Of a stretch of 64,000 nt of DNA, positions 1-12,353 are shown in pieces. Source of the stretch: Podarcis vaucheri (lineage: Eukaryota); the NCBI GenBank assembly GCA_965113315.1, contig OZ220363.1; one strand, given 5' to 3'. Every line of letters begins with the position of its first letter. The stretch's first letter is position 1. The notes beneath the pieces are model-generated. The model saw nothing but the letters and a program-made list of their open reading frames with translations, did not search any database and had not been told where the DNA came from. The position numbers were made by a program, and so were the translations under genes.

Positions 1-95
1 ACTAGCCGTGGTCCTTGGAAAACCTGTGGTGGCATCCTCGGCTCTTTTTAAGGGACGGAGTGGGCGATCACATCGCCTGCGAAATGTGCCCGCGA
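1..95 (-). other. Candidate exon (5' part) of a minus-strand gene, running off the left edge; may contain a start codon (ATG at 35..33, MPPQVFQGPRL...)
   Basis: Minus strand reads ttagTTAACtg (branch-like) - cccacttggatttttctctcttCAG|TCGCGGGCAC, with the acceptor AG at 97-96. The exon part is CpG-rich against a CpG-poor background. One frame is open throughout (AGTFRRRCDRPLRPLKRAEDATTGFPRTTAS); a second opens at AGG-ATG (A at -3). Confidence 0.6.
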
Positions 96-431
96 CTGAA
101 GAGAGAAAAATCCAAGTGGGCAGTTAACTAAAACTCCATACTTGAAACTCCAGTTGCTCCGAATTAATACCTTTTTTATTATTATTAATCTAGCCATCCA
201 CCCAAGGGTTCAGGACAGCAACTGCAACGAGAGAAGTGACTTAAACAAGGCTAGCCGATAAACTGTAACCAAAATAGAAAGGGGAGTTGAACCTTCCCAT
301 CTGAGCTGAGCTCCAGAAAGGTTAGCAACAAGTGTATGAGGACTTTGGGCAAAGTATCCTCTGGCAGCTCCCCTGCTTTATGGGGGGGGGGGTGGCACAT
401 TAACCTGGCAGGAAGAGGAGGTGGAGTCAGC

Positions 432-530
432 CATGGGCATAGCCAGGATTGAGGGGGGCATAACCTCAGCTTTATATTTTTAATGATTTTGTTATTTGGG
501 GGGCAGCTGCCCCCCTAGACTACACCCATA
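432..530. mobile_element. Short hAT-type MITE
   Basis: Perfect 8-bp TSD GAGTCAGC (424-431, 531-538); imperfect TIRs CATGGGCATAGCC / GACTACACCCATA. Confidence 0.7.
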
Positions 531-2959
531 GAGTCAGCAGTGTGCCATGTGGTACCAGGTGGCCAGGATGTGTGCATTCTTAAGCAGTTCTGTTCTGAAA
601 CTGAAACTGCGTGCCCCAAGACTGTATAGTATGTGTGATTTAACTTGCAAGGAGAGCAACAGGGAAAGCCCCCTGTGTTGCCCTGTAGGCATTTGCCACC
701 CACAAACTTCCAATTAATTCTGGAGTCCAATGCCATGTCTAATACAAGTAACACCTACTTGGCCACTAATCTCCCACTGAGAGTATATAGTTCCTAGGCA
801 GATAACAATTAATTTGTAAATTTTCTTGCACATTAAATTCTTGGATTTCTCCGCTGATTTCTATGCATTGGCTTTCACTTCCTTTCTTGTGGCCATTAAA
901 AAAAAACAAAAAACTTCTGTCTGTGAACCACAGTAACCTATCCAAACAATGAGAGAGTTCTTTCTTCCCATTTTATATTTGTGTTTCTTCCTCTTTCATT
1001 TTCTTGACATGCTATTCCATTCCCACCCGCCACCCACAGTTACTCTTACATTTCATGCTCACTGAGCATGCATGCTCAGTTGGGGGGGAGGGTTCTACCT
1101 TAGGGTTTTCCTGCTTATGTTTTTTGTACTTCTGCAAACCTTGTCGTTCCTCAGAGTCTGTCAATCCCCCTTGTGTTGGGATAGTGTTGTTTTGGCTACA
1201 TAAGCACTGACACTGTCTCCTGAAGATCAGAAATAGAATATTAGGTGGAATAACTGCATTCCATGGAGAGTGTTTCAGCCTAGCCTTCTCCTGACACACT
1301 AACTTCTCATGTGCAGATAATATTTAACATGACAGAATGTTCAAATACATTAAATGTACATTTATAAGCAACAGGTCTTCCTGCATGCCAGAGAGTAGCA
1401 TGCAAAGTTCTCCTTCAACTAGATGGTTGGTGTTGTCAGCTTGTTTCCCAGGGAGAGATGGAAGAAAAATTCTTTTAAAAGTCCCTCCACCACCCAGCAT
1501 TATTGGAACTACAATATAATAATAAGTGCATTGGATACTAGAGTCCTGTGTATACACATCTTAGTTCTGGATTCAAGGAAGTGGAGTTGATATGTATCAA
1601 CTATGTATGAACAGAGAAACCAATACAAAACACCTTCACTTGCAGATTTCTTTTGCTATTAGATTACTGAAATTAAACTGATCAATGGGAAATATGTGTT
1701 GTTCCCTTTGCTGCCAGAGGCAAAATAGCACATGGCACCCTGTCCCCTCCACCAGCTGCATACATACCATGCATTGAAAGTACATTTCCCTCCCACAAAG
1801 AATCCTGGGAACTGAAGTGTGTTAAGGGTGCTGGGAATTGTAGTTCTGTGAAGGGTAAGTGACAGTACCCAGCCGCATTATTTTGGAACCTAGGGCAAAA
1901 AAATACTAGAGGTATGTAAGTGGAGATGTTTCCTGATGTTACTGCCCCCACCACCAGTAAAAATGCAGTAATAACAAATTAATAATTTGCTGACATTTCA
2001 TGACATGCATAATTGCTGCCTCATTCTGCCTAATGGTAGGACCACCCTGTCTCTGAGAAAGATGTGACAATTCATGGTGAAATGTTTGCAACAGGAGTCA
2101 TAATTAAAATTAGATTAATGTGTTTAATGTTGTGCTTCAAAGATGGTGCAGAATAAATTTGAAATTCCCTATCCATTATTTGTAACACCAATGTTATTCA
2201 ATTGTGCTTCCTTCAGTTGCATGGGCTGTGTCCTTTACCTGTTTGTTCTACTGTTTTTGATTTATTTACTTTGTATTTTCATTTTAATTGTAAGTTGCTG
2301 CAGGAAGAGTGTTCTCTTGAAGGTATGAGATACAAATCATGTAAACAATTAAATCCAGGGGTGCACCAGTGGGATAGGATAATTATCTCTGGAATTGGTG
2401 CTACCTAGTCAGTGCCAGCATTGCACATGATGGAGGTGTGGAAGTATAACTAGCTGGGTACAAGCTACTCAAGTGCAATGGGCAAGGCCTTAGTTGCCGT
2501 GTAGGAGACAGGCAAGGCTGGAAGGGAGAGGATGGAATACTATAGAATACTGGTAGCATTTGCTCCCATGAAAGGATGTTTGCCAAAAATCCAAGTGGCA
2601 ACTCCAGACACATGGAGCTAACATCAGGGCATATCTCCACAGAGAAAACAGTGATCACAATCCACAGCCATGCAGACACCACCCCACAACATCAAAGTGT
2701 TTTGTGCAATGATACTCTTCTCTGCAGTGTGTAGGGAAATCAATGCAATATTGATGGGATTGATCTACAATGTCACCTTGGCATTCTCCCAGCATTATTA
2801 CGGTGGGCCCCGAGTTCCTTCACTGCTGTTCCAATCTATGGGGAAAGGCCTCTGAACACCAAGGAGAGAATACAATTTGAATGGCCAACACTGACCATAT
2901 GAGAGCATATTATAGGATCTTGACTAGATAGGTTGAAAGATGCAAAGGTCCAAGAATAA

Positions 2960-4310
2960 TCTTAGTAGCACATATTTTAGATGGACTTCCCAAATGAATA
3001 GTATTGGGATCCATGCTTTTTAGCTTGCTTATTCACAATCTAGAGCTAGAGATGACTAGTGATGTAGCCAAGCTTGCTGGTGAAGAACTCCATAAAGTTC
3101 TCTTAGTAAAGTGGTAAATAAAGTAAATAACTCCATAAAGTTCTCTTAGTAAAGTGGTAAATGCAATTCAATGTAAGCAAGTGAAAAGGGTGCACAATGC
3201 AATAGGGCAAAAAAATAAATAAAAAATAAATAAACATACACTACTTGGATGTGAAGGCTGACTAGGAAAAAGACTGTCGGGTCATAGAGGATAGATAAAT
3301 GAAGATGCCAACCCAGTGTGTGGCAGCTTTGAAAAAGTATAATGGGTCGTGCTAGGGAACATTAGGAAAGGGACTGAAAATAAAAATGCCTATGGTAAGT
3401 TAAAAGACCCCAGATGGTTAAGTCCAATCAAAGGTGACTGGTGTGCGGTGCTCATCTCGCTTCTCAGGCCGAGGGATCTGGCACTTGTCCACAGACAGCT
3501 TTCTGGGTCATGTGGCCAGCATGACTCAACCACCTCTGGCACAATGGGACACTGTGACAAGTGCTAGAGCACACAAAACACCGTTTACCTTCCTGCCGCA
3601 GCAGTACCTATTTATCTACTTGCACTGTTGTGCTTTCGAACTGCCAGGTTGGCAGAAGCTGGGCCAGAGCAATGGGAGATCACCCTGTTGTGTGGATTCA
3701 AACCTCAGTGGCTTAGACCACAGCACCACCCGAATCCCCATAAAACTACCTATATCATAACACCATTATCTATGGTGCAGCTCCACTTGGAATACTGTAT
3801 GCAGTTCTGGTCTCCTCAAAAAATATTGTAGAGTCAGAAAAGGTTCAGAAAAGGGCAAGCTAAATGATCATGAGACAGGAACAATTCAATTATAAGGAAA
3901 GGTTGTGGCATTTAGTTTAGAGGGGAAAGTAAGATGATACAGGTGTACAAGATTCTACATGTTGTGGAAAAAGTACATAGGGACCCCTCATAATACTAAG
4001 AAAAAGCTACCAATAAAGCTGAATGTTGGCTGATTCAGTACTTCGTACAGCTTGAAATTTGTTCCCATAAGATATGATTGCCACCAACCTGGTTTTAAAA
4101 GGAAATTAGACAAATTTGTAGAGGATAAGACTATCCATGATTAGTGTCCATCACTTGTCAGAGGTAGTATGTCTCTGAATAGCAGTAGCTGGCTATGATA
4201 AAAGGGGAGCGTGGTTACACACAGGTCCTGCTTGGCGGCTTCTGGTTGGACACTGCAAAAATAGAATACTGGACTAGATAGGCCTTTGATCTGACCCAGC
4301 AGAGCTCCAG
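2960..4310 (+). mobile_element. Old CR1 LINE 3' fragment, interrupted by a Sauria SINE
   Basis: Degenerate CR1 ORF2 and 3' motifs (aattcaatgtaagcaagtg, cacttggaatactgtatgcagttctggtc, gaaaaggttcagaaaagggcaa, ggactagataggcctttgatctgacccagcag); no intact ORF. Confidence 0.75.
3394..3739 (-). mobile_element. Sauria SINE (older copy)
   Basis: Diagnostic core gggtcatgtggccagcatgact...gtttaccttcc...gtacctatttatctacttgcact; TSD-like ATAAAAATGCCTAT / ATAAAACTACCTAT. Confidence 0.85.
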
Positions 4311-4976
4311 ATCAGACTGTAAGGTGCTGAATTTTTTGAATAAAGTTATCTTTCTCATATTTTGACCTAACACTGTTGAGGGCATAGGTCAAGAGAATAC
4401 CTTTCACCATTTATAGCACAGGAAAATATGCAATATACACCTTGCTTCATAACAGTGATTTACAAGAGAAGATCAGTGCCATCATTTAATCACTGAATGA
4501 TTTACTTTTCCAATGTACTGCTTCACAATGATTTTGGCAACTGTGATAACAGAATGATGATCACTCTTTCTCCATCATTAATCTTTCTAGAAGAAGAGTC
4601 AATATTTGCTCAGATAAAACCCATGGCTGTAACCTTATTTAGGCATCAGTGGTGTGGAGGCACACTTCAACACAGAAAATGAAAGGATGGAAAGAAAGTG
4701 TCTGAAAAAAGCAACTTCAGTTTTATGGAGGTTCAGACAAAATGCTAAATGGTATAAAGAAAAGTTCACCTGTACTGCTGATTCTCAGGCATGGATTATG
4801 GTTGCAGCAAAACTGTATTACTGACCTCATGCTGGTATTCCACCACTTATTAGAGGTCTCTGCTATCAAAGCCCAGAATATGAAGTAACAGAACCATTCA
4901 ATTATTTTATGACTCTGTCTAGACTAGATTCTGCTGCCAGTCAGAGCTCTTGATGGAGTTCCTCGATTGTGTGCTA

Positions 4977-5218
4977 CTGTGGTACCTCAGGTTACATACG
5001 CTTCAGGTTACATACGCTTCAGGTTACAGACTCCGCTAACCCAGAAATAGTACCTCGGGTTAAGAACTTTGCTTCAGGATGAGAACAGAAATCGTGCTCT
5101 GGCGGCGCGGCGGCAGCAGGAGGCCCCATTAGCTAAAGTGGTGCTTCAGGTTAAGAACAGTTTCAGGTTAAGAACGGACCTCCGGAACGAATTAAGTACA
5201 TAACCAGAGGTAGCACTG
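4977..5218 (+). mobile_element. Tc1/mariner (Tigger/pogo-like) MITE, family A
   Basis: TA target duplication; TIRs c(t)gtggtacctcaggtta / taaccagaggtagcactg; near-identical to copies at 39596, 42363 and 44362. Confidence 0.9.
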
Positions 5219-8200
5219 TACTAAGCTTCTACCAGATCTATTGAGCAGAGGATTGTTTTCTTTATTTATGTAGTGATATCTATGCACATGGCACTTGACA
5301 AAAAACAACAACAGGCTCAACAGATCCCTCCCCCAGGAGGCATACAAATGGAGGAAGGAAAGAAGCAGAGGCATGGATAGGTCGGCAGGGGAGGAATTAT
5401 CTCAGCTACACGTACTTTGGCTTAGTTACAATACGGAATTGGGGAATGATCCAAAGGCTTCCGAGAAAAGGTGTGTGTTGAGGAAATAAGAGTGATCACA
5501 TGGAGATTTACAGCCCTACTTTCCAGATACAGCTGCATCTAAGCATATGCTAATAGTTCACGGGGCATCCGAAGCATTCTTTCCAACCACTTGGTGAAAA
5601 CGCAATTGGACTCAGCCCGCCCCACAGAAGTAGCGCTCCATTCCTCATGCTAAGCCCTTGGGAACGTAAAACAACTTCCTGTGGGCAGGCTGCCAAATGT
5701 TATGACATATCCAGCCAATACATGAAAGAATTAAATTGGAGAAGTTATTACACATTTGTCATTCAGATTTTGTAAATTTTGCAGGAACTAGAATGGCCCT
5801 TTACGATTGTGTAATGCCCTCCCGCCCCCTAAGCAGGGCTTGTACAGGCAATCCCTTTCCCCAAAACACTACCATAGCTGTAGCTTTGATCTTACAGCAA
5901 TTGTGTTAAAACTGTTCAAAGTGACGGAGGGGAAGGAGATAGCCTTGCTATTGGGGATATAGGTGGGGAGAAACAGAAGTAAAAAACAAAAAACCTATGG
6001 AAATGGGGCGTTGCTGCGGGAGGGGGGAGTGGTAGCCTAGCTTGCAACAGCAGCTTTCTTTCAAAGAACTATATGAAGAACTAAACCAGTTTAAAATCAA
6101 ATCTTAAAACTCCTTTTATATACCAGAGATGTACAGGCATGGCAAGTGCATGTTGCGTCTCTCGTCAGTGACAGCATGGGCACTATCCAATACATGCCTG
6201 CAGCCATGCACAGATAGCATTTTAGCAGCAGCAGAGGCACTGGGTTGAGGAGAGAATTGCATTCAGTCTTAGCAATGCCAATTTGCTGTGTGAGGGCTAA
6301 GAACAGGAAAACAGAGGCACACCTGTGGGAAGGACTTTTCATTTCATGTAGCCTCATTACCCTGAAAAGGAATAGACGTGCAAAGCAGACACAGGTGTGG
6401 CAGTGACGATGCATTAATTTATCAATCAATTAAACTGGAGACCTTGCAGTAGTGTTAGCATAAGGAGCAACAACCTTGTAATCTGGGAACAGGAGGATCC
6501 TTGAGCACAGTGAAGTTGTATGCATGTAAGACATTTGCTCACCCAGCATTAGATCACTCATATATCAGCAGAGTCATGCATCTTTACCTAAACCTTGCAA
6601 AGGCCTCTTGTGGAGACCTGCAATTATTTGGATGCAAACTCATAAATATGCTAGGTGTGCTATAATTTTTATAGAGAGAATAGTCTCAGAGGCAGAAAGC
6701 TTTGCAAATAAACCTTTCGTTTGTTATTGAATCAATCAATGAGGCACTATGGGAGCTGCTAGAGGGGAGATTAGATTTATCACATGAACACAAAAGGGGC
6801 TTGTGAGAGGCAGATGCCAGCAAAAAGTCTCGGAGACAGAGCATGAAGGAGGAGGCTGACTGGTGCTGCGCCTGTTACCATTCATGCTCCTCCTTCCCTC
6901 ACTGCTCTCAAGCCATTCTGCTTTGAAATGCATTGATCTGCTTGGGGCAGCACCGAGGGGAGAGGTTGGGGAGGAGATTATTTCTATGATGGCTTTTTGT
7001 AAAATAATTGGACGGTGCCAGAACACTTGAGCGCCAGATGCCTCAGGGATATTCGAGAGTATGGAAAATGGGGGAGCGAGAGAAAGCAGATTCCTGGTTA
7101 TTTTAAGGCTACAATAGATTTCTCTTTCTAAAAGGGAAAGGTGCGAAACGTCTTGGCAGAAGTGGTGAAAAATATTTTGACACTAGTGAAGATGATTGCA
7201 AACAATATGAAGCAGCAACAAGTGTATCTAACATTAGTAAGCGCCTGTGGTGACAAAAATTCCTCAATTTGACACACACTTTGTGGATTAAAAATCTGCA
7301 TAAACTTGAAGGGGGATCTTTAGAATTTATGAGAATTTGTTGGTAGCTGGAAGTTTGCCAGACATAAAAAGAATACACACACACAAATATGTTAATATAA
7401 GTTTGATTTGAGTATTTTCCTGTGGTGTTGTTGTTTTTTAATAATAAAAAGTTACACGATCAGCTATTCAATAGGTTAAGGGTTGCACGTTTTATGTGAG
7501 GGGTTGTTTTGGAGCACTGAGGAAAACAACATGAGGATTTTCTTCGCTGATATTGAGGTGCTTCACTTGCAACACGACTTTGTGGAATCTGCACCACTGA
7601 ACTGAGCAGGATCTCTCAGTAAACTGCATGTTTATGGACTAAACAACATCAAAATTCCCTGAATTAGCAAACATACCATTTTCACTTATCTCTTTTCAAT
7701 TGAAATTAAATCAATTTGACCATAATTGGAATGATTTTTCAAGGTTAAATTTTGCAATTTCACATTTTGGAGCTAAGGAGAAGGCTAAACGTCACGTTAG
7801 TTTCCCTATCATATCACAGCAGCATCACAATCCTAGTTATGATCTTCTGCCCAATCAGTAGCAAAGTTAACGGTACAACAAAAGCTATTGAAACCAAAGC
7901 TAATGTAGCATCTGGCAAACCTGGTACCACCAATTAATCACAGCATTGCACACCAACAATACATGTAATTGCCACACATAGAAAGCACTGGCCTCAATGC
8001 ACGGCAACAGCCGAGGAACCTCCTGCTATCATCTAACCAAAAATACACACTGACACAATGCACAACCATGCTGCCAGAAAGGAGACCGAAACACCTTCCT
8101 ACCTGCACAAACTGCTACAGATCTGAGGCCTGCATTGAGAATCCAGAGGCAGAATCTCTGTATTATATTATAGTCTCCCACGGACCAAGTCCCTATCCCA

Positions 8201-8478
8201 CACACTCACTTCTCTCCCTCCCTGTTCCTTTATGGAAGGACTTCAGACATATAGCCCAGCTCCAAGGGAAGTAATGTGGAATCATAGCTCAGTGGAAAAG
8301 TACCACTTTCACATACAAGAGGTCCAAAATTCAAAGGGTTTGTATCGTCAACTTCTTTTATACCATTCAGCCACAGGCCCTTATGTTCATTAGGATAATT
8401 CCCAGTTTCCAATCGTTACTGCCTCAAAACATATCAATTTCCCCAGCTCCACTCCACTTGATTTTGGGTCATCATACC

Positions 8479-8641
8479 CAGTGGCGTAGCGTGGGGGGTG
8501 CAAGGGGGGCCGGCCGCACCGGGCGCAACATCTGGGGGTTAGGGGGCGCAAATCCACGGGTTAGGGGGCGCAAATCCACGGGTTAGGGGGCGCAAATTAC
8601 TTGCCTTGCCCCGGGTGCTGACAACCCACGCTACGCCACTG
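8479..8641 (+). mobile_element. hAT MITE with GGGTTAGGG-containing internal tandem repeat, copy 1
   Basis: 17-bp perfect TIR CAGTGGCGTAGCGTGGG / CCCACGCTACGCCACTG; perfect 8-bp TSD ATCATACC (8471-8478, 8642-8649). Confidence 0.92.
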
Positions 8642-8974
8642 ATCATACCTACAGTAACCAGAAGGAAAGGGTCAGAAATACGTTGAATATTGGGAACCCC
8701 TCCCTCCGCCAGAGGAGAGGCCAATCTTATACTCCAATGCAGCCAACTTGGGTGGAGAAGGATGAGGGGGAATGTGTAGGACTCTTCAAGAGCTTGGACC
8801 CTAACATCCCTTGAGCCCTGCAGTCCCCATTCCTCCAAAAATCTTCTGCAGGGAACCCTCCAGAGCAACATGGGGGCTGCAGGGGGAATTAGCAGAAATT
8901 TGCTCCACCTCCCACCAATGGAAGCATCTATTGGGCTGGTGCCCATTCCTTGAACAGAAGAACTTCTTCTGTTC

Positions 8975-9380
8975 TGAAATATACTCGGGGTTGAGAGTGG
9001 ATTTCATGCTCTTCATTCAGCTCATAGTGGTGAGGAGGAATGAAAGTTCCCCCACAATATCTGCTTTATATACATTATTTACACAATGGGCTGCATGTGA
9101 TTGGCTGATTCCGGGATTCTCCTGTAGGCCAATCAGGTTGTGGATTCACTTCCACCTGGAGCTGGATTGGGTGGCTCCTGCGGACCAATCATACTGATGC
9201 ATTGTTCTAGAACCAATCAGACTTCTGCATTCTGAATCCTATTGTTCTAGGACCAAGCAGACTACTGCATTCTGAATCCTATTGTTCTAGGACCAATCAG
9301 ACTGCTGCATTTTGGATCCTATTGTTCTAGGGACAATCAGACTCCTGCATTTTGGATCCTATTCAACTCGGTACATAACA
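8975..9380 (-). mobile_element. Solo LTR with an internal 40-bp CCAAT-box tandem repeat
   Basis: TG...CA termini; 5-bp TSD TGTTC/CGTTC; minus-strand TATATAAA at 9072-9065; poly(A)-signal-like AATGAA at 9017-9012. Confidence 0.8.
9201..9360. repeat. 4 x 40-bp tandem repeat (ATTGTTCTAGGACCAATCAGACTGCTGCATTTTGGATCCT-like) inside the LTR
   Basis: Units start at 9201, 9241, 9281 and 9321, with few substitutions. Confidence 0.95.
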
Positions 9381-11644
9381 CGTTCACAAAAGGGCAACTC
9401 GGGACTCAAGCCGTCCATTTGGATGGAAATGTTAAAACAATGTTCTATCCTTTACAGGATTAACATGCCATCATTAGAGGCAGAACCAGCCCTGTGTGCG
9501 CAGAGACTTTTAACTATGCTTCTTCCTTGCCACAACCCAAGTCTGGCTGATTTGCCCCTTGAGCTGGTGGCGTCTTGGCAGCTCAACAGTATTGCTATGC
9601 TGATCATTTCTTCCTCTTCAGCAGAGTGTTGTGCTTCAGTGATGCATGGAGTTGTGGAAGTGGTCCTGTCTCGCACGTGAGCATAACCTGAGGACAGGTT
9701 CTCTCTGTCTGCTAGGCTGCCAGACCACAATAATTTGGAAGGCGGCTCCACTGCACTCAGCGGGACTGCTTTCCAACTAAATGTGTTTAGGATTGAGTTA
9801 TTAAGCGTTTTAGGCACCATTACATCATATCTTTATTTAAGAAGCTTGGAGGCCTTAGAAAATGCCTGGCCATAAGACCAAAAGCATGCTGCCCAGCATG
9901 CAGGCATCACTATTCTTTTTAAGTGGAGAAGTGCTGGAGCTGGCCAGATGTTCAGCATTCTTTCTGTTTCTCCCTGATAGGTCATGGAATGAGTAACTCT
10001 CTTTCCCCCCCCCCTGGCCTCTCAGTTCCCCGGAAAATGGAAATAAAGGTAAAATGTGCAAAACATTGGTTTTGTCTTTGATGAAATGCCTAGATTAAAT
10101 CAGATATTCTTTCCCCAATCCGCACTTCTATAAAGCAAGGGAACAGTCCCACGCATGTATAACTTGTTCCATTTTCACTTTTCAGACTTTCTGCCACAGC
10201 AAGTCTTTCTTCCCCAATTTGAGGCTGCTTCAAGTGTGGGAAGGGAGTTTCCACAGCCCAGACTCCGTCCCAGAAATTGCTGAAGTGTAGGCTGATGTAA
10301 TGACATGAACTTCACGTCCTGGGTTTCAAGGGACGTAACGTTTTCAGACTTGCCTGGTAATTGATCAGAATGTGTTGGAATACATGCTGCGATCCTATGT
10401 ATATTTGCTTGGAGTTAAATCCCGCTCCATTTAGCCAGATTCAATTTTCCCAAGCAATCATAGAATTCTACTGTACAAAGAGAACATTCAGACCGCTTTC
10501 CCAGCTTCTTCCCAATGGTCCGGCCAACATGCCACCACTGTTGCGCTCTGTTACTGTACATGGCCAGTGACATCTAAAAATGATGTGGCTGGAAACTTTC
10601 TGTGATGTTTAAATGTACGAATTTAAACCACTGCATAGAGACTTTAGCTTTACATCAAGATGCAAAGTCCAGTTAAGTTTCTTCCTTTGTCAAAATTATT
10701 TTGAAGCAAATTATTCTTTTGGTAATAATTTGCATTAAAATTCCCAATGTGGATAAATTTCCCACTTTTATTTTAGTGATTAGTTCTATTTATGACGCAA
10801 TCCATCAATTGGTAAAAAGCACAATTTTGCTCTTAAATATTGACTGCTTCAGCGCAGTTTAGAGTCAGGGAAGCATAACAGATTTTTATAAGCTACATCT
10901 GCATCCAAACGATGTACAACTGTGTTTCACACATTCCTTACCAAAGCTATCATCACCTTTTCTGCTTCATTCCTTTGCTTCCTATTGTGCTGGAAGGGAA
11001 AGATGATTAGTTCAGAAATGAAATACATTATACAGTAAGAGAGGTTCCGCGAAGTCAGAACAACAAGGAACCTTTATTTTCTTTTAAGAAAAATATTTAG
11101 CAATGTTTCAGCACAGCGGGAAGTGCAAATTAGAACAACCTTGGAGTGATTTATTAGTAAATGCATTCCAAGATATAAATGAATCATGCATATCCTTCTC
11201 TGGAACTCATGATGTCATTTTATTTTCATGTTGTTTTAAAGAGGAACTTCTTTGCTTTTTTTTTGTTTTGTTACGAAAGCACTCTTGCTGCACAGTAATA
11301 ATTTATTTTTCAAATGGGCCGAATAGTCCTAAACCCCAGATCAACTGGATGGAGGAGATTAGAACTGAGTGCAAGTGTTCCTCAACCAGGAAAGAGTTCC
11401 ACCACTGAGAGGGTCGTGTCTACTGCAGAAGGACCTACTGGACCAACAGAAAGCTCTATGAGCATACAGCAGATCTATAGCTGGAAGTGTTCCTGCTGGT
11501 GGTAGTTAGCACTGGGCCCCCAAAATAGGACATTCTTGAGGCAAGGCTCAAGGGGGGGGGGAGGCAACTGTGCAACATGAAAAAGAGGTTTGTCTGCCCT
11601 TCCACTTCCTGCCCAGACCAGTGCAGTTCAACAAGGTGTTGGGG

Positions 11645-12353
11645 TAGAGTTGCCAGAACCCTTAGGGTCGACTTCGGGTTAGATTGAGGGCACAAGGAGA
11701 AGGGGACGACAGAGGACGAGATGGTTGGGCGGTGTTCTCAAGGCTACCAGCATGAGTTTGACCAAGCTGCAGGAGGCGGTGGAGGACAGGGGTGCCTGGC
11801 ATGCTCTGGTCCATGGGGTTATGAAGAGTTGGACATGACTAAACAACAACAGCAACCATTGCTAGGCAGCAGAGGGGGGCCTTGAATCTCCCAATAGACA
11901 AGAGCACCTTTTAAAAAAGTTTTTTTAAAAAGTTTTTTTAAGAAGACTGTGTGTGTAGCTTGCAATCTTCAGTTCATCAGAAGGCAGCTGCAAATTATTG
12001 CATGGACTCTCTGGGGTGTCTGCCCTCTTCCTCTCCTGAAATTAGCCTCCATCTCCAGGGCTCAGTGGTAGGAGGGAGTGCAGAGAAAGACAAAGAACTG
12101 GGCCAGGCTAAAGAGGAAGAGAGGGTTCTGACTATGCCTGCATGCCTGACTCATGTGTTAGACTTTGTGCTTTTTATCTGAATGGCATGCTCTCACTGAC
12201 TGATTAATGCTTAATGTGCCATGCTTAATGGCATCACCGGGGCCTACCCCCTGTAACTTCACCACCCCAAGACATCACCAGAAGCTGCCCCTAAGTCTCA
12301 GGTTTGGGCCCTAAAATCTCAGGGTCTAGGCCACTCCTGACCTGGCAACCCTA
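11645..12353. mobile_element. Non-autonomous hAT element (TAGGGTTGCCA-type TIR) containing a Bov-B insertion
   Basis: TAGAGTTGCCAG ... CTGGCAACCCTA; degenerate 8-bp TSD TGTTGGGG/TTTTGGGT. Confidence 0.6.
11681..11857 (+). mobile_element. Bov-B (RTE) LINE extreme 3' end
   Basis: gggcacaaggagaaggggacgacagaggacgagatggttgg...ctggtccatgggg... and a (CAA)n tail; matches the copy at 59211. Confidence 0.9.

Noticed and set aside
1-95. Assigning a gene symbol to the edge exon
   Set aside because: Only 11-31 codons are visible and I do not confidently recognise the peptide.
9201-9360. CRISPR-like array
   Set aside because: The units are head-to-tail with no unique spacers, lie inside an LTR, and the DNA is vertebrate.
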